Below are positions 48,200 through 60,963 of a stretch of 64,000 nucleotides of DNA, piece after piece. The position numbers and the translations under genes were made by a program. The DNA comes from Utricularia gibba (taxonomy: Eukaryota; Plantae; Magnoliophyta), in the NCBI GenBank assembly GCA_002189035.1, contig CM007991.1:1674001-1738000 (forward strand), given 5' to 3'. The first letter of the stretch is position 1; every line of letters begins with the position of its first letter. The notes beneath the pieces are model-generated. The model saw nothing but the letters and a program-made list of their open reading frames with translations, did not search any database and had not been told where the DNA came from.

Positions 48200-50494
48200 T
48201 TAGACCTCACCTTTTTCAGGGGCATTAGCAGGATGATCTTCTTCAACCTTTTTTTCATTGTCATTAGCTTGCTCATTAGAACAATGATTTTTAATAACAG
48301 TTGAGATATCGGCTTCGGAGGCACCTGCAAGCTTAAACTGCTCAACTGCAACATCAAGATTCTTCTTCCAACCTGACAACCCAAGCTTGCACTCAAGTTG
48401 GGATCTTTCAAAAAGCATGTTGCCCCAGAAAAGCTGGATTTGCGATCTCATAATAGCAGCTTGCTCTGCTGCTTCTTCTGCAGACATTTCCCCTGGAATC
48501 ACTGTGGAATCAGATTGTGCAATATGGTCACCCTGTTTTTTCTTTCTTTTTAATAAAAGTTCATCTTTTTTGTTCTGGCTTGGATTTTTTAGCTCATTGA
48601 GTCTTTGTTCCTCCAGCTTTTCCCACATCTCAGTAGCGGCTTTCAACTTCACTTCAGCATTGTCAAAAAGATTAAGGGTCTCGGTCGGATCCCATTCTGA
48701 AAGATTCTCCTTGTTTGCCAAAACAAATGACCATTGGAGTTTGGCCATTTCAAATTGCTGCTGCCCCAGAGCCAAGAGGCCCTCGTAGAAATCTGGTTTC
48801 GTTGACAGTGACTGCTCATATTTCTCTCTTGCAAGATTATACTTTTCTTTCACCCAGTCATAAGCACTTTTCAGCTGCTCCTCCATGACCTCCTTACCGG
48901 CTGATTCATTTATTGGTATCCTTTTTCTTGCGGCACACATATGCACATTTCCCCAGTTGAAAAAAGCTAGAGCAGCAACCTCTTGAAACTTAAGAGCAGC
49001 CTTTTCAAAAAGGCCTTGAGCCTCTTCGCAAATAATGGTTTCCTCAAGGGCTTCAGAACACACCTCCATCCCAATTTCATGAAGTTCAATATGAGCATCG
49101 GGGTCAATTCCAACACGAGAGCGAAAGAGCTGTGCAAACTCAAATAACCAATCATCCATCTCAACCTCCTTGAATTCAGGGTCTTCTTGTGCTCCTGCCT
49201 TTTGAGTAATTTTCTCAGTCTTTGCAGTGTCAACAACATCCACAGAAGAATTAACTGTTAATGAATTTGAAACATTCTCATCTCCTTTAGGATCCTGAAC
49301 CTCTTCTATAAGAGTCGTGTCCTCCTCTTCTGGAACCTGAGGCTCTTGCTCGGGACTAACTTCAACAATATGCAACTTCAACATGGAAAAGGCATCTCCT
49401 TTATCAGAATCAAGGTCTTTTGGAGTGTATTTGTCAACTGTGGACTCAGCATATCTGAGTTCAGCTGAACATGTAATTGTTACCAAGTCTCCATCACTGT
49501 CCATGTACTTAATGAGCACTGATTTCGACATTGGAAAACGTTCTCTAACAACATCTCTCAGAACCTTAAAACTGCAACGCACTGGCATCCGAGCAAGTCT
49601 GATATCATGATCATATACAAGCTTCAATGGCCGGTACTGCAAATTAACCTGAGCAGATTGCTTCAATGGCTCACGGAGGTTACTCTTATGGGAATCCGAA
49701 TTTGGTTCCGAAGAGCCACTTAATGGTTTCAAGACAACTTTCGGCATCTGTGGCTTTAACTGAGGCCCATTTTCAAGCGTTGGGACAGGATACAACTTTT
49801 CTGGCTTTGGAGATGGTGCATTTTGCCCGCTTACTGAAGACAAAGACTTCTTTGAGGACACAGGACGAGCGGGCAAGCATGGTCCTAGGCCAGAAATAGG
49901 TGACCCTACAGCAGAGGCACCGAGGGCTGCTGGAGATGGGCGGCTCTGAAGGTCCTGCTGTGCATCTTGGCGAGGGCCAACCGCCATTCTCAATCTCCCA
50001 GCAATCTCCAAAGCATCACGATGATTTGGATCCTCAGCCAACAAAAGCTGAACATCTTTCATCGCCATTTCATGCTTCCCAATTGCCTCATACGCCCGAG
50101 CTCTCCGAAGAAGAGCACGGACATAAGTTGGCTGCACCTGAAGGGATAAAGTACAGTCGGATATCACAGCTTCATAGTCAATGGGCTTTATCTGCATCAA
50201 ACAGGCAGCTTTATTACTATGGAAGATTGCGCGATCAGGATGATTTCTCGGAGCAAGCTTAAGGGCATTCTCATACAGCTGAAGGGCACCCGCGTAATCC
50301 TTCTCTTGAAACTTCCTGTTACCCTCTTCCTTCATCTCATGGGCTTTTTGCAGAAGAACAGACGTGTAAAAATTCTGACCGCCGTTCGCAACAGAGACGG
50401 AAGAATTATTCGCCTCAACTGCAACTTTATCCTGGCTTTGAGTCTGGTTTGTACCATAGCCACTCTTCTTCTTCCTTCCTCCAGACTTCCCCAT
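48200..50494 (-). CDS. CLMP1: TPR + PB1 domain protein CLMP1/PHOX (764 aa, intronless CDS)
   Basis: MGKSGGRKKK start, three TPRs (KEEGNRKFQ...ALLRRARAYEA), PB1 (RPLKLVYDHDIRLA...LIKYMDSDGDLVTIT), C-terminal FQEVAALAFFNWGNVHM and QLFWGNMLFERSQ. Confidence 0.95.
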   Translation of the reverse strand: MGKSGGRKKKSGYGTNQTQSQDKVAVEANNSSVSVANGGQNFYTSVLLQKAHEMKEEGNRKFQEKDYAGALQLYENALKLAPRNHPDRAIFHSNKAACLMQIKPIDYEAVISDCTLSLQVQPTYVRALLRRARAYEAIGKHEMAMKDVQLLLAEDPNHRDALEIAGRLRMAVGPRQDAQQDLQSRPSPAALGASAVGSPISGLGPCLPARPVSSKKSLSSVSGQNAPSPKPEKLYPVPTLENGPQLKPQMPKVVLKPLSGSSEPNSDSHKSNLREPLKQSAQVNLQYRPLKLVYDHDIRLARMPVRCSFKVLRDVVRERFPMSKSVLIKYMDSDGDLVTITCSAELRYAESTVDKYTPKDLDSDKGDAFSMLKLHIVEVSPEQEPQVPEEEDTTLIEEVQDPKGDENVSNSLTVNSSVDVVDTAKTEKITQKAGAQEDPEFKEVEMDDWLFEFAQLFRSRVGIDPDAHIELHEIGMEVCSEALEETIICEEAQGLFEKAALKFQEVAALAFFNWGNVHMCAARKRIPINESAGKEVMEEQLKSAYDWVKEKYNLAREKYEQSLSTKPDFYEGLLALGQQQFEMAKLQWSFVLANKENLSEWDPTETLNLFDNAEVKLKAATEMWEKLEEQRLNELKNPSQNKKDELLLKRKKKQGDHIAQSDSTVIPGEMSAEEAAEQAAIMRSQIQLFWGNMLFERSQLECKLGLSGWKKNLDVAVEQFKLAGASEADISTVIKNHCSNEQANDNEKKVEEDHPANAPEKGEV

Positions 50495-50823
50495 TATAAC
50501 TCCCTTAAAACTCTCCCAAGACTCGAACTTTATTTCACAATATCAGCATCCAACGAGCCGCGATACAAATTGCATCACTGTTTATCCACAGCTCAAGTGA
50601 GAGTTTCTAGACAAAATGAAACTACTAAAATAAAGAACAATCACTTACTGTATCAATATCAATGGCCACCGCTATAAAAAATGAATCCAGCTCCCAAGCT
50701 CCTGAACTCGATGACCGCAACGAAAACAGAATTGGAGACAGGGGTTAAAAGATATAAGAATCTGGGTTTTCATGCGGAGAAACCGAGCGAAAAGAAAGTG
50801 GTGGTGGAAACTGAAGAGTGACT

Positions 50824-51034
50824 AAACCCTAACTCAGATTATTTATTTTCCCCTGCCATTTTTTTAACAGCCCTATTTCTCTCTGACACCATTGAAGCCT
50901 GGAATTGCTCGAGTTTAAGATTTGCACGAAGGATGACAGTCACCAACCTTGAACAAGAAAGACACAATCCTTCAAATCAAATAGGCCCAAAACCCCTAAG
51001 CCCAAAACATAAAAAGCCCACTGAAAACTGGGCT
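50824..51034. promoter_or_regulatory. Telo-box plus site II cluster upstream of CLMP1
   Basis: AAACCCTAA 50824-50832; GGCCCA 50984-50989, AGCCCA 50999-51004 and 51015-51020, TGGGCT 51029-51034. Confidence 0.6.
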
Positions 51035-53451
51035 GGCGACATCACTCTGTCATAATTGTAGGTTTCTGAGCAGAACCCGGTTGCTAGAATCCGACAGACG
51101 TCGCATGATTTGCACGGGGACGGTTACTTTCTCTGGTTCGAAAGGAATCCGCTGCTTCATCCACCGGCCACCCTCAAGAACACAACAGTTCCGTCCAATT
51201 ATTGACGGCGAAACAGATGCACGATGACGGCTGGCCTGAAGCGGCGCATGCTTCCAATAATGCGTGAACCGAGTAGTCATGGCGTGCAATGCAGTGATGC
51301 GAAGCCACTGTCAGGTACGATGATCCTGTTTCACTGTAATAAACAATGGGTCTACATGAAGTGCATCCCCGCAAAATGCCAACCAATTACGGCTCCCCCC
51401 TTCGTCTCCTGTGTGACTCCCAATTCCTGTTCGTAAGGGTAACTTTTTTCCTGTCCGTAGGGCAGTTATCTTGCCCTAATTTCTCGTGAAAAAAACCCAT
51501 TACTTTACACGCCATCTAATTTACATTGAAAATTAGAATTCTGTAACTGGAATGAGTACACGTGAAGGTTAATATATCTCAATTTTTTAAAAAATAAATA
51601 TAACTAATTAATAATGATCATCTCTTGATTTTTAGATATAATATTGATTGTTCTCATAATTTCATGTTTTTTTTACTATATAGCCGTCCCTGAAATAGAA
51701 GCACTATTCTTGATGGGGTGGCGCCGACTTGGACTTTGTACGTCTTTGGTGAATTTCGACACATGTTTGTGTAGGAAAAGTTGCATGTGGATTAATTAGA
51801 CTTATAATACTAGCGATTCATCGTTTATTTGACTTCATAAACCCATTTATTTTTTTCATATTTTAAAATTTTTTATCATATTAAGGTACCTCCTATTTCA
51901 TCCATGTGACTTGTCTATATATGACATATGTTTACAAATATATTGAATAATTTGAGTGGTTGCATGTGCATATTCTTTCTAATAAACCATCTCAAATTAT
52001 CTTCACAAATATTATTTTTCTAAGATTAATCATTATTTAAAAAGAAAACATTTAACTCTATCCAAAAAAACAACTTTTGTTGCATCAATCAAATCAAAGA
52101 CAGACCATGTTACTATACCAACAGAGCCAGTGGAGAATTTTAATAATTGATAAATATGAATATGTGTGTAAAAGAAATTAATGATGATCCCAGAGTTGAC
52201 TGAGGTCTGAAAACAAAAAAAAATCAACATCTTTCATAGATTCTTTCATGAATAATATATGATAGATTTCAGGTATTATTATGTATCCCTAAAAACGCCA
52301 AAAAAAAAAAAAACACATACACATGAAAAAAGGACAATGATACAACATATCAATTTTGTTATGAAAATTGCTAATTTATGTTACATCTTTTTTATACTTT
52401 CTAAAAATGTCACAATTTCAATTTTTTTCCCCTATTTTCCTCTATTTGTAATTTGATCCAATAGTTATCAGTTTGTATGGTACATGAAATGATATATTTG
52501 AAAACTAATGTCAAATTAATGCAATTCATAAAAAATATAATAAGAAATTATCTGTTATTAGTTTCAAATTTGACTATAAAAAAGGATATCATTCATTAAT
52601 ACAAGACTGCTTATGTCAAACTATTTTTAATGTTATATAGAATAACAAAAGTAGGATAAAATCTCTGAAGATTTGATATGACACATGTGAACTAAATTGA
52701 ATTAAAAGCTTACATAATATGTAAGTAAACATAAAATATGAGAGAATTAAAATACTATGAAAAATATGTTACACAAATCACTATTTTTCGAATCAAAAAA
52801 TGACACGTTTGAAAAAAACTGAATTCGTTGGTGGTGAGCAACAATAATTGTATGTAATTTGACTATGGTATTAACAATAATTAGGGTTGGCACTGGATTG
52901 ATGAATCTAGTCCAAACATGGCTTGCCGCAATGGGATCATGTCTCGACCCATGAATGATGTTTTGTTAGTTCATGCCCAGATTCCTGTCTCCCTCATCAT
53001 CATTCTTGTTTATGGGATTGAACGTGCGTTTCTCATAAATTTTAATTAGTACAAAAAAATTAATAAATTAAAATTATATTTGAAGTATTGGAATAAAAAT
53101 AGGAGATTGAGGATATGAATATTGGGTTTTTTTAAAAAAATTAATAACCTTGATTCGGAGAATAATCATATGGTTTAGAATCGTTGCAAATCATAGTATC
53201 TATTAATTTCGAATTAATTTGATTAATATAGGGATTAAGTTGTTAATGGAATTTTCATTTTACTCTATTTCGTTGACAATCATTTTTTAAAATTTATTGT
53301 AATTAAGTCGAATTAAAAGATTTAAGTGTATTTAAATATTTTTTCCTTTTTTTGAGAAAAAAAGGAAAGCTTTCCACAATGAAGTCTCACCTATAAATCC
53401 CCGCTAAGGGTTCTTCCCTGTCACCACACAAACCAATATCTGGGAAACCCG

Positions 53452-54643
<1,192 letters not shown>

Positions 54644-55375
54644 ATAAGAATGGAGGAAGATGGTGATCATGACAAGATGGACCAATTCCTGCCCTTATGT
54701 ATTATCATATGTTCCAGTTAAAGGATGCCTATCAAGATGTGTACTAGAAAGATCTATCAATGTATCCCCTGTGTTCAATGCTATTAAGGTAAAATGTGTG
54801 TGATTAAGAATATGAATTTTAATATTCGGTTAAATTAATGAAAGTAGGATCATACTGTCCCAGTTAATGTGAACTTATTACAATAGCGATCACGTTGACA
54901 TATGTTTGGCGTATCAGAAGTTACCTTACGATTAGTATCTGTGTGACCTTAGCATGAAACACATGGTGAAATGTGATAACATTCTACTTTTATGGAGAAA
55001 AAGCAAATAGATTGTGATTTTTGTACGAATCTTGGATATTTGGGTGGATTTTTTTTAAAAAAAATGTAAATGTTTTATATTTTTTTTGTTTTGTTTTGTA
55101 AGAAAAGATGATATTGCATCTAATTTTGTAAACATATTGAATAGAAAAAATGTGATGACACGTGTACTCTGACATTTAAATTTTCCAACCCACATTGATT
55201 TTGTACATCTCTTGCTTTTACAACTAGGATTTTGTGTTGTCATCTGGCCTTTTCGGACATTAATGAAACTTTGCAAAGATTCGTTCGTCCCCGCATCCGG
55301 TGTTCGCTTTTCCCACTTATAAATACCCCTCTCATGTCTCTACTTCATCATCAACGAACACACGCATAGAAAAAA

Positions 55376-55787
55376 ATGGCCACTGCGGAGGTGAACTTCC
55401 CCTTCTTTTCCAGCGTTATGTTTACTTGTGTTTCATGTTTGGATCTCCAATCTCTTCTTTCAGGTTGAATCTGTTCAAGTGCAGGTTGAGGACCTGGGAA
55501 TCTCCCAACCTGTGGAGGCTGAGAAGCAAGAGGCGCAGGTAGAGGTTGAACAGGAGAAAGCGGAGGAGGTCACTGCTGAGACTGAGTTCATTGCCGAGGC
55601 TGAACCGGAAAAGGTGGAACATTCCACTGCTGAAACTGAACCGGAGAAGGTGGAGGAAGCTGATCCGGAAGAAGCGGGGGAAGCTGAACCGGTAGAGGTG
55701 GAGGCAGCCACTGCTGGTGCTGAACCAGAAGAAGGGGTCGCGGCGGAGCCTGCGCCGGAAGATGGGCCAGCTGAGAAAGGCGAGTGA
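55376..55787 (+). CDS. Small acidic Glu/Ala/Pro-rich protein (CCaP / vacuolar Ca-binding-related / Hev b5-like), 112 aa; exons 55376-55390, 55464-55787
   Basis: MATAE|VESVQ start via a 15-nt first exon, repeated AEPEKVE/EPEE units, strongly acidic composition, TATA-like TATAAATA at about 55318. Confidence 0.85.
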
Positions 55788-57119
55788 TGGATCCCTCTGT
55801 TGTCTATGCCATGTGGTGTTCTCTGTTTTGCGATCGCTGTTGGATTTTCATTCCATAATATAAATAAGATATGACTAGTATCAAAACTTGCATTTGTTCC
55901 TGCCATAAGAAACCTATCTTGTTTAATCTGCAAGCTTAGCTAGTTCCTCTGCTTTAGGGTTCTTCACCTGACTTATAAATCACAATATCACATTTGGATT
56001 TCTAACAATCTTCACGATTAGTGACTCAATAAACCTGGTTAGGATGAAGGATTGGGTGATAAGATTTATAAATGACTTTTATCTGAAATTGCAACCATGA
56101 TTTTAAAATAATTATGAATTAGATTTTGCCACGTTATTATATTATCAAATTAAAATCACAATTTTATGATTAATTAAAGTAGAAATAATACTCATAATAA
56201 TAAAAGTATGAAATAAAAATATAGATATATAATTTAGAAATTCAGTTGAAAAATAGAATGCCCTTCCATTATATTGGTAATTAAAAATTGCTGGGTTGCT
56301 CCTCATTCATTATTTCATAAATTTTAATGTCATGTAAAACCCATTTGTTGAGTACGATAATTCTAAGACATGGTTGAATCTGTAAATATCTTGATATATC
56401 CTTTTATTGTTGTATATTAATTTATTGCTTATATTCAACAAAGCATGGGTACGGGTTTGATCTAACGGGTTGGTTAACATTCAACCCCATGATAAGTTAC
56501 ATGTCAAAAGCAAGATCAATTCATTAAAATATAATCATATATATATTTTTAATTTTTATTCAATAAAATAAAAAAGACTCTAGAATATTAAATCCTTGTA
56601 TTATAAGAGTCCATTTTATTAAATTTATATGCCTACTCATGAAAAATTTGTATTTTTTTTTTTTTTATGGGCAAAACCTAAGGAGCCCTTTAATGGGCTT
56701 GTTTTTTTTGTTTTATGGGCAATGAAAATAATTACGTTAATGGGTTTAATTCTTTATTTTTTTTAATTACAACGGGTCAATTTCGTACGGATTAGAATCA
56801 AGATTGGGGTTAAACCAACGAATGCATCCATGCCCATGTCAACTTTGCTATCATCGTATTAAAGTTAGAATTAGAAATATATTGTAGTTGATCAATATTT
56901 ACCACATCATGAACAATTTCCAATCAAATCATAAGAATTTTGATATTAGATTTTGTTTTATTGGGATACTATGAAAATTTATAAAATTTTCTTTGAATAC
57001 AATCACTAGTATCATATTTATATAATTACAGTTCATACATCAGTAATAACTTCTCATTATTAATACTTTCTTTTCTAAGTAATGTCTGAATTTGCCTTAT
57101 TACCATATCTCTTCATATT

Positions 57120-57893
57120 TCACTCCTCCTCCTCCTCAATTTCATCACTTCGCTTCTCTTTTGTTTTCTTCTTGGGTGCTGCCACCGGCTTCGGCTGTCC
57201 CATTGACATCCACCCACATTTGAAAGCGTTCTTCGCCCTCTTGTCCGCTTTCAGAGAACTCATCACTTTCTGAGGGTCTTTGTCTTGGATTGTGAAGGAA
57301 ATGAGAGATGACTCCTGGTCGTACTTCACATCTCGAACTTCTACACCAACCAAAAACCAGAATTCAAACTCACTAGAAAATCCAAGAGTTATGATGAACT
57401 TAAGGTGTCGTCTTTGTGACTTAATCAATATATTTACAATTAAGCAATTTATTTATTAAATAAATCATATTTTTTCAACTTATGTAACGAATAATTGAAA
57501 TAGTTAAAATTAAAATAAGTTAAGAATAAATAGAAATAAAAATATAAGTTAATTTTTAGTACAAATAAATATATTCTATAAAACACTTATTTTTACTTTA
57601 AGTCATATACGTTATAAAATAAATCACACAGATTACATACTCATACATAATTGAATAGTAACTGGTTCATCATCTACACCCACCTCGTAAATCGCCAAGA
57701 ACCGTCAAAAGCCTCTGCTTGCAATCCGAGCAGTTGGGTGAAATCTGTACAGCTTGTGTAAAAACCTGGACAATGGCGAAGCAAGTCCTGGTTACTAACC
57801 GATTGCCGACAACTCTTGTTCGATAGTACTATGAAATGTTATTTATTTTTCATGGGATGAAAAATGAAGAGTTCCACTTACTGAGCCAGACAT
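57120..57893 (-). CDS. Small heavy-metal-associated (HMA) domain protein, copy 1 (104 aa); exons 57893-57882, 57765-57684, 57340-57120
   Basis: Manual assembly MSGS|VFTQAVQISPNCSDCKQRLLTVLGDLR|EVRDVKYDQESSLISFTIQDKDPQKVMSSLK...SMGQPKP..KKKTKEK..EEEEE*. CxxC, a micro first exon and a phase-1 second intron are typical of plant HPP/HIPP genes. No CaaX motif. Confidence 0.85.
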
Positions 57894-59201
57894 GATTGAG
57901 AGAGAAGTGAGCAGAAGTACTTTGAACAAAGAAATGATATTCTGACTCGCAATTTATAGAAAATTCTAAGAAGAAAAAATCAGACTTCTACTTAGTGTTG
58001 ACTACCCAGTGAAGGAATTTGTTTATGGAAATAAGGTTCTGAAAATATATGTTGATTATGGTCATTTTATTTTTAATCACAAATGACTACGAATATAATG
58101 GGGTTGTTCTATGATTTGAGATTGTGTTTCAGATTATATATAATATTATCAATATTATGTAAATAGAATCAATTTCAGATTGTAAAACTGTTGTATGAGA
58201 TATAATAAAATTATATTATAAAATTTAATAAAATAATATATATTATAAATTTTAATAGTTATTATATAATTTAATGCTTTGATATAAATGTATTTTAAAA
58301 ATATATAAAAATTGAATAGTATAATTTTTTAATTAATCTTTTATTCAATTTCCGAAATCAATATTTAAGAAATTCAATAATTTCTAAAGTTAATTACAAA
58401 ATTTAAATTTCTGTTTTTATTACAAAACTATTAAAGATTAGAATCTTAAAAAATTAAAAAGAATCACTTTAAAAAATTGATAAAACAGAACACACCCAAT
58501 ATGCCTTTTTATGAACATACTTTTTAAAATCATTTGAGTTGATTTTGTCACAGATTGTTTGGTGGTTTAAATTTTGTATTCAGATTATCAAATTGAATTC
58601 GACAATATATAATTTATGGAATTGGGAATAATGATGATAATATTATTAGATATGAGATAAAATATACATTATATATTCAAAAATCGTGGAATTAATGAAA
58701 TTCAATTGGGTAATCGAATGCCATTCTATTACAGCGATACGTTTATGGGCCAATTACAAAATTATTGGGCCGTTTGTTACTAAGCTCGGATGCAAGCCCA
58801 TATATTATTATATAATTTTTAAATGTCATGTCAAGAGAATCCTTTTTATACATATGTCACTAAAAATCATATGAAATTCCAAGGTTGTTAGTATGCCAAT
58901 CTTGCAGACTATTTTTAATGTCTTTCTTTCTCTATTAAGGAGCTGATGCAAAATAGTTATTATATTGTAATTCACTATATTTCCATCCTAATTACAAATG
59001 TGATCCATAATTTTGAATTTCTTATTGATTTGGCTAACATAGTTGAATAAGTAAAGATTGACACCATCTTCTTGTTCTATTATAATTTGTTGCTTACATT
59101 CAATAGTACTATATAAACTTTTGAAATTTATATCATTTCAAATGTAATGTCTTGCATTCATAACCTAATTTGTAGTATTAACATATTACTTCACATCTTC
59201 C

Positions 59202-59655
59202 TCACTTCTTCTCTGCCATATCCTCATGTTGCTCATCTGTGTCTATCTCACATTCATTTTCCCTTAGGTGATCCATTAGAGATCTGATCACTGTCATAGT
59301 GCTCATATTTACTACACTGAAGGCAAGGATATTTGACCCTTCGTTGTACTGCAAATTTCGAACTCCTACAAAAAAAAAAAAAAAAAAAAGAATTCAACAT
59401 TTGAAAATCCAGAAATAATTAAATGCATCAAGCGCACCCACCTGGGAATTCCTGGAGAACCTTCGTCATCTTCTCCTTGCAAACCACGCAGTGGGGTGTA
59501 ACTTTGACAAGCTGTGCATAAACCTAGACAATTGCGAAGGAAGTGCACGTTACTAAGTGACTTCCAAGAACTCTTCTTCGATAGTACTAGGAATTGCAAT
59601 TTATTTATTTTTCATGGGATAAAAAATGAAGACTTTCACTTACTGTGTCATCCAT
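59202..59655 (-). CDS. Small HMA-domain protein, copy 2 (85 aa); exons 59655-59644, 59523-59442, 59365-59202
   Basis: Manual assembly MDDT|VYAQLVKVTPHCVVCKEKMTKVLQEFP|GVRNLQYNEGSNILAFSVVNMSTMTVIRSLMDHLRENECEIDTDEQHEDMAEKK*. Same exon sizes (12, 82 nt), phases and splice sites as copy 1. Absent from the ORF track. Confidence 0.85.
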
Positions 59656-60963
59656 GACTGAGAGGCAAATACAGTATTTTGAATGAAAAAAAAATGATTC
59701 TATAATTCGAATTTATAGAAAATTTTAATAAGAAAAAAACCCCGACTTTTACGCAGTGTTGACAATCAACTAAAGAAATTCTGTTTAAGAAAATAAGGTT
59801 AAAAAAATAATGAAATTAAATGTTAATTGATTATCGTAATTTTAGTTTTATTCACAATTTATGAATAGAGCGATGAACATGCTTTTGAAAATCATTTGAG
59901 TTGATTTTCGTCACATGATTATTAATAATAATAATAGTAACTATCATTATAATATTTGTTAAAGTAGGAATAATAATAATCAGTATTATTATTATGATAT
60001 AAAAAATATAAATTATATTATTATTTTTGAATGTCTTGTCGAGCCCATGTGCACAAAAGAATCCAGCCACGTCCACGTCATTAGTAATCATGTGGAAAAT
60101 AGTGTGACACATTTCAACGATTCCTTCGGAGTTAGAGATTGAACCCTTTCTATGAACTTTATGTTGAATGTTCACTATTTTTTTTAAAAAAAAAATCTCT
60201 ATATGGGTTCATTGTTTAGTGGACCTGGTGGCATTATTTCTATTGTAAGAAGTCCATTTTTTAATTTATCCTTAAATTAAATATATTACGTATTATAATA
60301 TGATATGTTATGGGGGTGGATCTTGAAACTTAATTTAAGGGAGGAAAAATAATTTCAAATATTGTAATTCAAGTATAAAAGGAAAAAAAATAAAATATCC
60401 TAAATTTTATTAATTTTATAATCCAAAAGGCAACTTAATTTTGCATTTATTTTACTTGTTCGGTATGGTATTAGTAGTTGAGGTGTACGTTCAGGAGACA
60501 TTGAACATTTAACAAGCTGACTGATGTGGCACTGTCCAAAAGTTGTTATCGAGGTATAGTTAAATTGATTTGATATAGTATAGTATAATATCCTAATATA
60601 TGATATAATTAATACAACCGGGTATATTTTCTTCTATTCAATTTTCGATATAGTTGCGATGTTGACATTAGGGATAAAATGTGGGGCTGAAGTGAAAAAC
60701 GGAAAAATAACAAGGACTATGCTGTAAAAAACAGATGCAACAAAACTGAAAACAGTCTGGAGAAGCGAAGAGGGGCGGGCGGGCACGGGCGCGTTGTATC
60801 CGTTTCTTGAACAAAGGAGCGTTCTCGCTTTTTTGTGTTCAAAAAACCGAGGAAGCCCCAAACTCAGTAACAATCTCCTGGAGAGTTATACTGAGGAGAA
60901 CGACGGTATGCGGTGAAACCCTTTGAAGGCGTCAAGAATTACTCTCGAAATTTGAGGCTGTCC

